Assembly (NCBI GenBank): GCA_947625255.1
Contig: CANQNT010000014.1
Coordinates: 5,977-69,976 of the forward strand
Source: an uncultured Acetatifactor sp.
GTDB taxonomy: Bacteria; Bacillota; Clostridia; Lachnospirales; Lachnospiraceae
Reading direction: 5' to 3'
Length of the DNA: 64,000 bases
Positions 29,730 to 39,650 of the stretch are shown in pieces. How positions within the stretch are numbered: position 1 is the stretch's first letter; each line of letters begins with the position of its first letter. The notes beneath the pieces were generated by a model that worked only from the letters and a program-made list of their open reading frames with translations, was not told the DNA's origin and did not search any database. Made by a program: the position numbers and the translations under genes.

Positions 29730-29773
29730 ATTTTACACGATACTTTCCAAAATGTCATCTTAAGATTTTCTTA
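29730..29773 (-). promoter_or_regulatory. Promoter with TAAAAT -10 and the same tandem-repeat site
   Basis: Minus strand CATAA-GAAAAT-CTTAA-GATG, then 20 nt, then TAAAAT (29730-29735); -35-like ATGACA at 17-nt spacing. Confidence 0.6.
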
Positions 29774-29827
29774 TGATAGGTTTAAGAGATACAAAAAGCG
29801 GGGATTGCTCCCCGCCTGATCCGCGCC

Positions 29828-30661
29828 TTACTTATACTTGTCATATAAAAAACGTTCCGGAAGCTCCAGATGAAACCCCTTGGCCAGATCCCGCAGGTTA
29901 TCCGCCGTAATGGTCTGCAGCTTGTTGGGCGTCATGGCCATCACCTTGCAAAGGATCTCCGCGGATTTCTCCACCGTGTGCATCAATCCAAAGGTATGGT
30001 CATAATTCTCTCCGGAGCAGAACATCCCATGATGGGCCCAGATGACCACGTCATATTTCTCCATCAGCTTGCTGGTTGCAATCGCAATCTCCTCTCCGCC
30101 GGGAACCATCCATCCGATCACCCCTACGCCGTCCGGGAATACGACGGGACACTCCGTTGCCATTTCCCACAGCTCTCTGGTAAAGACCTCGTCGCTTAGA
30201 GGAAGCACGAATGTCAGAGCAATGATATTGGTAGTATGCGCATGGTAAATGACACGATGCTGTCCATTGGTAACACGCTTTTTCACCTCATGATTCATCA
30301 GATGGGCAGGAAGCTCGCTGGTCGGTCTTCCCCCCTCCACCAGCCCCCAACGGATCCGGTAGTTTTCCCCTACCTCGTCCAACTCAATAATGGCCAAACA
30401 AGCCTCCGGGTCAGACACGATATTACGGAAATACTTGCCGCTGCCGGTCACCAGGAAAAATTCTCCCGCCAGTCCGGGTACATGGGCCCCGATGGGCGTC
30501 CACTCCCCGGGCGCGTTCAGACGGGAACGAATGCTCTCCACCTCCACCGGAGTCAGACGATAGGAAAGATTTCCGCCATTGCGCTCATGCCAGCCCTGCT
30601 GAAAGCCATCGTCCGCCATCTTGACAAAGCCCCTTACAAATCTTGAATCCAAAATCTTCAT
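29828..30661 (-). CDS. rhaD: Rhamnulose-1-phosphate aldolase (class II)
   Basis: GWHERNGGNLS, PTSELPAHL, HAHTTN, WAHHG. Start MKILDS with a GGAGG RBS. Confidence 0.9.
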   Translation of the reverse strand: MKILDSRFVRGFVKMADDGFQQGWHERNGGNLSYRLTPVEVESIRSRLNAPGEWTPIGAHVPGLAGEFFLVTGSGKYFRNIVSDPEACLAIIELDEVGENYRIRWGLVEGGRPTSELPAHLMNHEVKKRVTNGQHRVIYHAHTTNIIALTFVLPLSDEVFTRELWEMATECPVVFPDGVGVIGWMVPGGEEIAIATSKLMEKYDVVIWAHHGMFCSGENYDHTFGLMHTVEKSAEILCKVMAMTPNKLQTITADNLRDLAKGFHLELPERFLYDKYK

Positions 30662-30885
30662 TGAAATACCTCCTCTCCGCCCGCCCCCTGCGGGCATACA
30701 ACCACGCCGGCCGCCAACCGAATCCACCGATTCATCCTCTTACGGTTGTTTGTTCTTGTGGTTTCTTGTTGTTTTTATTTGTTTTATTATTTTAAATCAT
30801 GTGGTTTTAATTGGCAATAGCTTGTTCAACAAAAAACGGATCTACTTTTATCCCTTTTTCGTCAGATTGCCCACTTTTTACGGGA

Positions 30886-33800
30886 TCAATCCACGGATTT
30901 CAAAGATTCCGTCATGCTGACCTCTTCCAGCTTTTTACCCATGACCTTGTTCACAAACCAGGAAAAAGCAAATGTAAGCACAACACTGTACAAAAAGCTT
31001 AAGGGCTTGATTTTTATCTGGAAAGCCACCATGTCGACCCGAATCTGGTCCATCACGAACCGATGCAGGAAGATCCCCAAAACCAGGCCTCCCAGCGCGC
31101 CAAATAAGGTCAGCACCACGTTTTCCCGGAACACATAAGCCTCCGTTTCATGCTGATAAAAGCCCAGGACCTTGATGGTGGCAATTTCCCGGATACGTTC
31201 CGTAATATTAATATTGGTCAGGTTGTAAAGAACGATAAAGGCCAATCCGGCGGCGCAGAGGATTACCACCAGCACGATCAGATCCAGACTCTGCATCATA
31301 CTTCCAAACCGTTCCCGGGTATCCGCGTTCACCGTGACATTGGTCACCTGGGACAAACGCATCAGCGAGGCAGACAACAGATGAGGATCCACTCCCTCGG
31401 CCAAATTCACATAAGCCTCCTTACACTGTGCCGGCTCACCCAGCAGACTTTCATAGGTCTGAAGAGTGACATACGCATAGTTATAAACAAAATTTTCATT
31501 AATACCGGCCACGGTCAGTTCCATGGAACGGCTTTCGTTTTCCCGCAGGATGACTGTGTCTCCCACCTCCACATGGTAGTCTTCAGCCAACTTCTCATTC
31601 AGGATGCATTCGCCTCTGCCAGGCAGCGGCAGCAGCTCTCCCCGGGGAGTATGCAGTCCCAAATAAGGCGAGATATCCGCATTCTCATCCATGGCCACCA
31701 GATTCACGGACTTCACACGGTCATCCACCACCAGATCCATGGCGGTCTCCATGACGGTAACGTAGCTTTCCGCGCGCTCTCCCAGCGTTTCTTCAAATTT
31801 CTTCAGCAATCCCTCGTCCGCCTCGTCACTAAACGTCACGCCGATATCGTAAAGCAATACCCTTTCAAACTGATCGTTTGCCAGGTCCGTAATGGAATCC
31901 TTGATGCCAAAACCGGTGAGCAAAAGCGCAGTACAGCCGCCAATACCGATGACCATCATGAAAAACCGCTTTTTATAACGGAAAATATTCCGGTAAGAAA
32001 CCTTGTACAAGAACTTTAGACGGCTCCAGATCAGGGGAATATGCTCCAACAGGACCCGCTTGCCGGCCTTGGGAGACTTGGGACGCATCAGCTCCGCCGC
32101 CACCTCCGCCAGTTCATACCGGCAGGAAAGCCAGGTTGTGCCCAGGGAACAGGCGCAGGACACGATCAGGGAAATCAGCGCCAGCTTCCAGTTAAAGACA
32201 TATTGCAGCGACGCCACCTTGTACATGATGCCATAAGCCGTCCAAATGACCCGGGGAAACAGCCAGGTCCCCACAAAGAAGCCCGTCACGCAGCCAATAA
32301 CGGCCGCGGAACCCGAATAAAACAAATACTTCCCCATAATCCTGCCGCCGCTATAGCCCAGGGCCTTGAGCACGCCGATCTGGGTCCGCTGCTCCTCCAC
32401 CATGCGGTTCATGGTCGTGATACAGACCAAAGCCGCCACCGCAAAGAAAAATACGGGGAAAATATTGGCAATTCCATCCACAATGCCGGAGTCGCTTTCA
32501 AAGCATACATAACCCACGTTGGTATTGCGGCCCAGAAGATAACCATCCGCCTCCTCCATATCCGCCAGCTGCTCTTCGGCATCCGCGATCTCTTCCTCCG
32601 CGTCCGCGATTTCCTGCAGATATTTCTGACGGGCATCCTGATATTCCGCAAGACCATCCTGGTATTCCTGACGGCCTTCCTGCAGGGAGGCCTCTCCGTC
32701 CAGAACCTCCTGCTGCCCTTCTTCCCACTCTCTCCAGCCATCTTTCAACTGGTTACGCCCTTCCGCCAGATCGGCCTTGGACTGGCCGATCTGCACTTTA
32801 CCGTCCGATATCTGTCTGCGGGCATCCTCGATCTGGGCCCAGGCCTCTTCCAACTGTCTTTGGGCATCCTCCAGCCGCGCTCTGCCCTCATCGATCTGAG
32901 CCTGATAATCATCCATGGTCTCCAGGCCTTCCTGAAGCTGACTCCGACCGTCCAAAAGCTCCAGATACTGCCTGTTGACCTCTTTTCTGGACTCCGCGAC
33001 CTTTTCTCTGTCCTCCGCGATCTTCTTTCTGCTTTCTTCCAGGGCGGCCAGATCGCTCTCCCGCTTTTTCTCCGCCTCGGGAAGAGTGGCCGTCAGATAC
33101 CGATCCACTTCCGCCTTGGCGCTTGCAATAAGGGATGCATAAACATCGGGCACCTCTCCGTATTGCTCCTTTAGAGAAGCCTCCCAGGCCTCCAGCTCCT
33201 GCTTCCTGGCAAGCTGCCTTTCCTTTTCCGCCTCATTCATCGTCCCCTCATTCGCCAAAAGGTCTCCCTGTCTGTTCAGCTGCACCTCCTGCAGATCCAA
33301 CAGGCGGTCCTGCTGATCAAGACTCTGGGAACTGGAAATGAGTTGGGACATAGCCGTGTCCATCATGTTCCATTGTATCTCCAAGGGAGACCTCTGGGCA
33401 TCCAATTCCGCCTGATTGGCATTCAGCTCCTCAAGGGCCTCCCGCACCGCGGCATTCTGTTCCTCCCACAAAGTCTCCTTTTCCGCCAGCTCCGTTTCTC
33501 CGTCCTCAATACGCCTTTCTTCCCTGGCAAGGGTCTCCTCGCCGTCCGAAAGCTTCCGTTCCGAATCCAACAGCTCCTGACGTCCCTTTTCCAATTCTAC
33601 TCTGGCATGCGTAAGTTCGGCCTCACCGTCCTCAATTTCCTGCCAGGCATCCGCCAGCTCATCTGCCGCATCCGCCAGCTCCCTCTCTCCCTCTTCACGC
33701 CCATCCTCCAGTTTACGACGCGCATCGGCTAATTTTTCCTGAAAAAGGGTCTGTACCTTATCATACCGACCGGCAGCCAAGGTGTCTGTAAGGCGCTCCC

Positions 33801-34509
33801 AGTGAGCTTCCTTTTCCTCCAAAAAGGCATCATATTCCTCGCTATAAAGGTCAAAGTCCCGGTCAAACTTCACAAAGGCCTCCGTATAATAATCGGAAGA
33901 AAAGCCCTCCGGCAGCAGGTAGAAAAACCCGCTGATCCGACCGTTTCCCAGAGAGGTATTGCCCCGTTCAAACTGTATGTAAAAGGAGGACTGAACCAGC
34001 CCAACCACGGTATATTCTTCATAAGCGAAATTAGCTTTATCCGCTTTGTCATTGGTGGAAGATATCACGATTTTGGTCCCCAACTGGGAGTTCCCAAACA
34101 GGTTGTTGTCAACCACGCACTCATTCGCCGCCTCTGGCATCCTCCCTGCTTTCAATTCCACTCCGTTAATCCGCTCCATCAGACTGTGGGCCCGCAAAAC
34201 CATTTCCCCGCTCCCGCCATCGGTACAGAGAATATCAAACGTATAGGAACCCTCCGCGGCACGCACCCCTTCCTGAGCCGCCAAAAGCTCCACGTCCTCC
34301 TGGTCCAGGCCCAGGGTGGTCACCACACGGTAATCGTAAAACTGCTTCTCTGTCAAATATGCCTGTGTGGTCTTCACCATGGCGGCCCTAGTTACTTTAA
34401 GCCCCGCAAAAAAACCTACCCCAAGGGCGACAATCGCCAGAATCGCCAGGTAACGTCCCAGACTGCTTTTGATCTCCCGAAATGTGGTCTTCCACATCAT
34501 TGAATTCAT
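30886..34509 (-). CDS. Fused double FtsX-like ABC exporter permease with long coiled coil (1207 aa)
   Basis: Two FtsX modules (MNRMVEEQRTQIGVLKALGY and NITERIREIATIKVLGF) flanking a heptad region. Confidence 0.9.
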   Translation of the reverse strand: MNSMMWKTTFREIKSSLGRYLAILAIVALGVGFFAGLKVTRAAMVKTTQAYLTEKQFYDYRVVTTLGLDQEDVELLAAQEGVRAAEGSYTFDILCTDGGSGEMVLRAHSLMERINGVELKAGRMPEAANECVVDNNLFGNSQLGTKIVISSTNDKADKANFAYEEYTVVGLVQSSFYIQFERGNTSLGNGRISGFFYLLPEGFSSDYYTEAFVKFDRDFDLYSEEYDAFLEEKEAHWERLTDTLAAGRYDKVQTLFQEKLADARRKLEDGREEGERELADAADELADAWQEIEDGEAELTHARVELEKGRQELLDSERKLSDGEETLAREERRIEDGETELAEKETLWEEQNAAVREALEELNANQAELDAQRSPLEIQWNMMDTAMSQLISSSQSLDQQDRLLDLQEVQLNRQGDLLANEGTMNEAEKERQLARKQELEAWEASLKEQYGEVPDVYASLIASAKAEVDRYLTATLPEAEKKRESDLAALEESRKKIAEDREKVAESRKEVNRQYLELLDGRSQLQEGLETMDDYQAQIDEGRARLEDAQRQLEEAWAQIEDARRQISDGKVQIGQSKADLAEGRNQLKDGWREWEEGQQEVLDGEASLQEGRQEYQDGLAEYQDARQKYLQEIADAEEEIADAEEQLADMEEADGYLLGRNTNVGYVCFESDSGIVDGIANIFPVFFFAVAALVCITTMNRMVEEQRTQIGVLKALGYSGGRIMGKYLFYSGSAAVIGCVTGFFVGTWLFPRVIWTAYGIMYKVASLQYVFNWKLALISLIVSCACSLGTTWLSCRYELAEVAAELMRPKSPKAGKRVLLEHIPLIWSRLKFLYKVSYRNIFRYKKRFFMMVIGIGGCTALLLTGFGIKDSITDLANDQFERVLLYDIGVTFSDEADEGLLKKFEETLGERAESYVTVMETAMDLVVDDRVKSVNLVAMDENADISPYLGLHTPRGELLPLPGRGECILNEKLAEDYHVEVGDTVILRENESRSMELTVAGINENFVYNYAYVTLQTYESLLGEPAQCKEAYVNLAEGVDPHLLSASLMRLSQVTNVTVNADTRERFGSMMQSLDLIVLVVILCAAGLAFIVLYNLTNINITERIREIATIKVLGFYQHETEAYVFRENVVLTLFGALGGLVLGIFLHRFVMDQIRVDMVAFQIKIKPLSFLYSVVLTFAFSWFVNKVMGKKLEEVSMTESLKSVD

Positions 34510-34675
34510 GCCTTATCCTCCATCCGTAGCGCCTTGCTCCGATAACACCCAGCCCGCAAACCGGCCATGACAGTCCCACAGCAGGCAAGCCGGCTCTCCT
34601 GCCGCTATGCCGCAGCCGGGCGCCGTCGCCATTCCGCGGGCGTCCCAGGCCGCCGCACCTACACGTCGGAACAAA

Positions 34676-35380
34676 CTACCATTCAATGTCCGCCACGTCC
34701 ACAATGTTGCGGTTCTTCACCATATTCGTCACGGTGCCGCTTTTTACCGTAATAACGCGGTCCGCCATGGCAGTCAGCGCCTGATTATGGGTAATGACGA
34801 TGACCGTCTTGCCTTTCTGACGGCAAGTATCCTGCAGCAGCTTCAGCACGGCCTTACCCGTATTATAATCCAAGGCCCCCGTAGGCTCGTCACAGAGCAG
34901 AATCTTAGGATTCTTGGCCAGGGCTCTGGCAATCGCCACTCTCTGCTGCTCGCCGCCCGACAGCTGGGCCGGGAAATTCTGTAAGCGCTCGCCAAGGCCT
35001 ACCTCCCGAAGCACCTGCGCCGCGTTCAAAGGATCTTTGCAAATCTGGGCGGCCAATTCCACGTTTTCCAGCGCGGTCAGGTTCTGTACCAGGTTGTAAA
35101 ACTGAAAAACGAAGCCGATATCATAGCGCCGATAAGTCGTGAGCTTATGCTTGTCATAGGCGGAAATTTCTTTTCCGTCCAGGTAAACGTGTCCCTCCGT
35201 CAGCGTGTCCATGCCGCCCAGGATATTCAAAATCGTGGTCTTGCCCGCGCCGGACGCCCCCACGATCACACAAAATTCCCCTTTATCGATCTCAAAATTC
35301 ACATCATGCAGGGCAGGAATTTCCACCTCACCCGTCTTATACACCTTTTTCACATGATCAAACGTAACAAACGCGCTCAT
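34676..35380 (-). CDS. LolD/MacB-type ABC ATPase
   Basis: [41 protein letters not shown]. Confidence 0.93.
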   Translation of the reverse strand: MSAFVTFDHVKKVYKTGEVEIPALHDVNFEIDKGEFCVIVGASGAGKTTILNILGGMDTLTEGHVYLDGKEISAYDKHKLTTYRRYDIGFVFQFYNLVQNLTALENVELAAQICKDPLNAAQVLREVGLGERLQNFPAQLSGGEQQRVAIARALAKNPKILLCDEPTGALDYNTGKAVLKLLQDTCRQKGKTVIVITHNQALTAMADRVITVKSGTVTNMVKNRNIVDVADIEW

Positions 35381-35569
35381 TTTCCGCCTCCTGACGTTCT
35401 TCCCGGCACTTCCAACACGCCACCTGAAAATTATAACATAATTCTTCCTTCCATGAAAAGCCTATTTCCGGATTTCACAGTATTTTAAGAAATTTATGAT
35501 TATGATTCCGATGATAAACGAACAATAACCAATTCCTTAAGTTTTCATAAATTTTTCTGTCGAAATATA

Positions 35570-35598
35570 TTGAAAACACGAATTCACAATGCTATAAT
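35570..35598 (+). promoter_or_regulatory. Sigma-A promoter for the NCS2 permease
   Basis: TTGAAA-N17-TATAAT with an extended TG at 35590-35591. Confidence 0.7.
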
Positions 35599-35645
35599 TC
35601 CTTTGTCACAATATCTAATTATTTCCACCCCAAAGGAGGGTCATC

Positions 35646-37067
35646 ATGGAAAAACTATTTAAGCTCAAAGAGAACGGCACGACAGTCCGAACAGAGATCA
35701 TCGCCGGTCTCACCACCTTTATGACCATGGCGTACATCATCGCCCTCAATCCCAACCTGCTGACCAATTTTGATACCGGCAGCAGCCTTTGGAACGGCGT
35801 GTTCATGGCCACCTGTATCGCTTCCGCCGTTGGTATGTTTGTCATGGCTTTCGTCGCCAACAAACCTTTTGCCATGGCACCCGGCATGGGGCTGAACAGC
35901 TTCTTTGCCATCGTTGTCACCAACATTACCGCCCTCACCGGTATGTCTTATCTGGCGAGCTTTCAGGCGGCACTGTGCATCATCCTGGTAGAGGGTATCC
36001 TTTTCATCATTCTCTCCGTATTCAATATCCGTGAGCAGATCGTGGATGCGATTCCCCTGGGTGTCCGGCTTGGTATCTCCCCTGCCATCGGTTTGATGCT
36101 GATGAACATCGGCTTCGGTTCCAACGTGGGACTTTACTCCGAAAACGGAGGTCCGTTCTATGTGATGCGTGATTTCTTCGGCGCACTGACCCCCAAGGTT
36201 GCTTCAGACCAGATGGGCAGCGCTTACGCGGAAATGGTGCTGACGGTCGTGACCATGTTCATCGGACTTTTCGTCATCGTTGTTTTAAACCACAAAGGGA
36301 TTAGGGGATGCGTTCTGCTGGGCATGCTGGTTGCTTCCGTGATTAACTGGGTTGGCAAAGCCGTGTTCCTGCATACCAATCCTTTTGCCTCCCTGGCAAA
36401 CGCTTCTTTTATTCCCCCCGTCAAGGATATGGCGGAAACCACATTGTTTAAGCTGAATTTTTCCGGACTTGTTGATGTGGGCTGGTTCACGGTCATCACC
36501 CTGATCATCACGTTCTGCATCATCGATATGTTCGATACCATCGGCACTCTGGTAGGCACCGCCTCCCGCGCCGGTATGCTGGACAAGAACGGAAAGATGC
36601 CCCAGATGAGAGAAGCCCTGCTGGCTGACGCCATCGGCACCGTGGCCGGTTCCGTAACCGGCACTTCCACCGTAACCACTTTCGTGGAATCCGCCGCCGG
36701 CGTGGAGGCAGGCGGACGTACGGGACTTACCGCCCTGACCACAGGCCTTCTGTTCCTGGCTTGTATGTTCCTTTCTCCCATTGCGGCCATCATTCCCGCA
36801 GCCGCGACCTCTTCCGCTCTGATTTATGTGGGCGTGCTGATGTTGTCCGGCCTGAAGAACGTGAACTTCAGCGACCTGAACCAGGTAGTTCCCGTGGCAG
36901 TCATGTTGATCGCGATGCCCATCTCCGGCTCCATCGGCCACGGCATCGGTCTTGGCCTGATCATCTACACCGTTATGAAAGTGTTCACCGGCAAGGCGAA
37001 AGAGGTTTCCGTCCTTACGTATGTGATTTCCGCTCTGTTCCTGATCAAGTTCTTCCTGGTAGCGTAA
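35646..37067 (+). CDS. NCS2/AzgA-family purine permease
   Basis: EIIAGLTTFMTMAYII, AMAPGMGLNSFF, DMFDTIGT, TTFVESAAGVEAGGRTGL. Confidence 0.92.
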   Translation: MEKLFKLKENGTTVRTEIIAGLTTFMTMAYIIALNPNLLTNFDTGSSLWNGVFMATCIASAVGMFVMAFVANKPFAMAPGMGLNSFFAIVVTNITALTGMSYLASFQAALCIILVEGILFIILSVFNIREQIVDAIPLGVRLGISPAIGLMLMNIGFGSNVGLYSENGGPFYVMRDFFGALTPKVASDQMGSAYAEMVLTVVTMFIGLFVIVVLNHKGIRGCVLLGMLVASVINWVGKAVFLHTNPFASLANASFIPPVKDMAETTLFKLNFSGLVDVGWFTVITLIITFCIIDMFDTIGTLVGTASRAGMLDKNGKMPQMREALLADAIGTVAGSVTGTSTVTTFVESAAGVEAGGRTGLTALTTGLLFLACMFLSPIAAIIPAAATSSALIYVGVLMLSGLKNVNFSDLNQVVPVAVMLIAMPISGSIGHGIGLGLIIYTVMKVFTGKAKEVSVLTYVISALFLIKFFLVA

Positions 37068-37096
37068 TTGTAAGACTAAGACAAGCTATGATTTCG

Positions 37097-37182
37097 AAAA
37101 ACGGATGCTCCATTGCGGGGACATCCGTTTTTTTACGAAAAGGAGGCAGTTCCCGGATTCATTCCGGGTCCTGCCTCCTTTT
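37097..37182. terminator. Two adjacent terminator hairpins between converging genes
   Basis: AAAAACGGATG/CATCCGTTTTT (37097-37132) and AAAAGGAGGCAG/CTGCCTCCTTTT (37138-37182). Confidence 0.7.
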
Positions 37183-37229
37183 CATAATGAAACATTGGAA
37201 CTTGAGTGAGTCTTCCGCAAATTATGAGA

Positions 37230-39650
37230 CTACGCCTCCTGCCGATACCACCCTATAAACATACGAATTCGATACGACAATACCGCCGCCATTCCCTTTT
37301 CCTTTTTTATCAGCATCCAAAACTGTTTCCGTTCTGTCCCGGCCCGCTGCAGCATATCCTCCGCAGCGCTTTTCCCTCCGTAAAAAACATCCTCATAATC
37401 TTCCAGCGATCCAAGTCGGCCTATCCCCAGCCGTCCTGATCCTCTCTCCCGCAGTTCCTGCAGCGTTTCCCATGTTTCTCTTTTCACGCCCAGCCAGGAA
37501 AGTATGCGCAAATTTCTGGCGACCTCCACCCGCAGCCGCTCCTGGGGACTCATTTTCCGATAACGAAGTCTGCCAAGGAAATGATCACAGACAATTACCA
37601 GTAAAATCCCCGTCATCAAAAGCGGCAGTCCATACAAAAGCAGACCGCGCAGCCAGTCCAGACCCAGATTCCTTTCTTCTTCCAAGGGTAATTCCTCTTC
37701 CGGCATGGGCGCCTCTTCCTGGAACTCGGGAACTTCCTCCATGGGCTCCTGGGGTTCTAAAGACGGCATCTTCTCTTCCCTTCGTACGGTCCAGGGGTGA
37801 TAACGAAGCGAACCATATCCGGGCGTCGGCTCAAAGGGAATCCACCCGACGCCTTCCAAATAAGCTTCCGGCCAGGAATGGGCCATGCTTGACATGACCG
37901 CCGCGGTTCTGTCCTGCCCTACCGGAGCGCAGAAGCCCTGAACATATCGGGCCGGAATGCCCAGGGCTCGGGCCATCAGAACAAAGGCAGTAGCGAAATA
38001 CGTACAGTAGCCTTCTTTGCTTTCCAGTAAAAAGAAGTCCAAAAAGCTGCCAGCGTCTGTCACCGTTTCCGGGAGACTGCCGGGGGAATCGGAATACGTC
38101 ATGGAAGCCAGAACCTTTTCCAGTGCCCGCAGCTGATCGATCTTTGTGGTACAATCCGCCAAAATGGCCGACAGGAAACGCTCCGTTTTGTCAGAAAGCG
38201 TCACCTCCCCGAGAAACCTTGCCCGGATTTCCTCGCGATGCGCCTCCAGGTCCTCCAAAGAAAGCCCCTCTCCAGGCCCTCCGGAAAAACCATCCGTAAT
38301 CTGTTTCCAAAGAGCTTCCTCATCCCAGGGCGCAAGAGACGCGCCCGCAGATTCGGACAAGTCCGAGGAGCCCTCCAAACCGTCAGCCGATGCCTCCAAC
38401 AACTCTTCAAACACGTCCGCCCCCAGGTTCAGTTGATCATACGAAACCCAATAACTGGTTCCGGAGGCTGCTTTCCCATTCCAGCGCAAATCCCCATTCT
38501 GAAAATAAAATTCTTCACCGGTTTCCGTTTCGACAGCCCCGCCGTTTTCCACTTTCTCAATCCTCTGAACCGCGCTTGTTTTCAAAGGCGCAAATAAATA
38601 TTCGCTCTGAAAATCCTCATACCGGATGGTGGTACTGATTTCCCGAATATAATCCTCCTGACCAAACTGATCATAGCGTCTGACGGCATACAAGGTTTCC
38701 ATGGCATCGATCAGACGATCCCGATCCTCCCAGGCGTCCGTCTGCAGCCACTGCCTGCCGTCAAACGTATCAAACACCTTTCCAATTAAATAAACACTTC
38801 CCACGGGATTGACCTGTCCGCTAAGAGTCATCACATTCCGATCTTCTTCCCGAACGCCGCCGCCCAGGCGTCCGCCTTCTGAAAAGCCGCTTAAAAACAA
38901 GTCAAAATCCTCGTTTCCCGGCCCAAATCCTCCGAACCAATTTTCCAGGGCTTCTTTCATCCGCAAATAAACATTTTTGACTCCCTGCCAATCATAAGGG
39001 GCATCAGGCGCGGGCATAAGGGCCGACAAAAGCAGAAACAACACCAGAAAGGGCGATATCCATACCATTTGTCCTTTTAAACTCCCGCCCCGTTTTTTTT
39101 TCCATCGCCTCTGTACGCCCTCCAGGTATACCACCACAAGGAACCCAAAGAGAAACACCACGCCCAGGTGCCCTATTTCTCTTCTGGTAAACAAAGCAAC
39201 AAGCATCCATACACAAAAGCCTGTCGCCAATACTTCCCGCAGTCCCCGAAGCTTCTCCAGAAAAATTTCAAGCAAATAGGCCCCCGCGCCGATAGCGGCC
39301 GTCTGTAAAAGCCGAAAGCCCCTGATCCATTCCGGTTCTTTGGCAGGGTCTCCCATACACCAGCGCACATAAGATTGTGAAAAAAGGAAAATCGTTTCCC
39401 ATCCGATGACAATCAAAGTCACACAGGCGACAGCCAGAACCGTCAGGATACAAAAAACCCGCCCTTTCCCCGGTAAATTCTCCAGGGCGGCCCAAAAGAC
39501 GGGCACAGCCGCCAGTATAAGGAAATTGTCACGATCCACCGGCCCCACCCCAAGAACGTTTCCCAGGACAAGCAAGCCGATCCCGGCCAGCAAGAAGGCA
39601 TATAAAAGCCGGTACAAGCCATTTTCCTTTCGGCGCAGCAGCTCCCTCAT
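37230..39650 (-). CDS. Membrane-anchored transglutaminase-like domain protein (TgpA-like)
   Basis: Multiple N-terminal TMs; GYCTYFATAF..RALGIPARYVQGF..AHSWPEAY..WIPFEPTPG. Confidence 0.88.
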   Translation of the reverse strand: MRELLRRKENGLYRLLYAFLLAGIGLLVLGNVLGVGPVDRDNFLILAAVPVFWAALENLPGKGRVFCILTVLAVACVTLIVIGWETIFLFSQSYVRWCMGDPAKEPEWIRGFRLLQTAAIGAGAYLLEIFLEKLRGLREVLATGFCVWMLVALFTRREIGHLGVVFLFGFLVVVYLEGVQRRWKKKRGGSLKGQMVWISPFLVLFLLLSALMPAPDAPYDWQGVKNVYLRMKEALENWFGGFGPGNEDFDLFLSGFSEGGRLGGGVREEDRNVMTLSGQVNPVGSVYLIGKVFDTFDGRQWLQTDAWEDRDRLIDAMETLYAVRRYDQFGQEDYIREISTTIRYEDFQSEYLFAPLKTSAVQRIEKVENGGAVETETGEEFYFQNGDLRWNGKAASGTSYWVSYDQLNLGADVFEELLEASADGLEGSSDLSESAGASLAPWDEEALWKQITDGFSGGPGEGLSLEDLEAHREEIRARFLGEVTLSDKTERFLSAILADCTTKIDQLRALEKVLASMTYSDSPGSLPETVTDAGSFLDFFLLESKEGYCTYFATAFVLMARALGIPARYVQGFCAPVGQDRTAAVMSSMAHSWPEAYLEGVGWIPFEPTPGYGSLRYHPWTVRREEKMPSLEPQEPMEEVPEFQEEAPMPEEELPLEEERNLGLDWLRGLLLYGLPLLMTGILLVIVCDHFLGRLRYRKMSPQERLRVEVARNLRILSWLGVKRETWETLQELRERGSGRLGIGRLGSLEDYEDVFYGGKSAAEDMLQRAGTERKQFWMLIKKEKGMAAVLSYRIRMFIGWYRQEA

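Noticed and set aside
34510-34675. GC-rich spacer between the ABC ATPase and permease as a possible ncRNA or small ORF
   Set aside because: No recognisable RNA motif or RBS-supported ORF; similar GC-rich spacers occur elsewhere in the window.
35481-35556. TTAAG-containing sequences upstream of the FtsX exporter as a third copy of the shared motif
   Set aside because: Half-site spacing is 9 rather than 11 at 35481, the CATCTTAAGAT core is absent, and the distance to the -10 differs.
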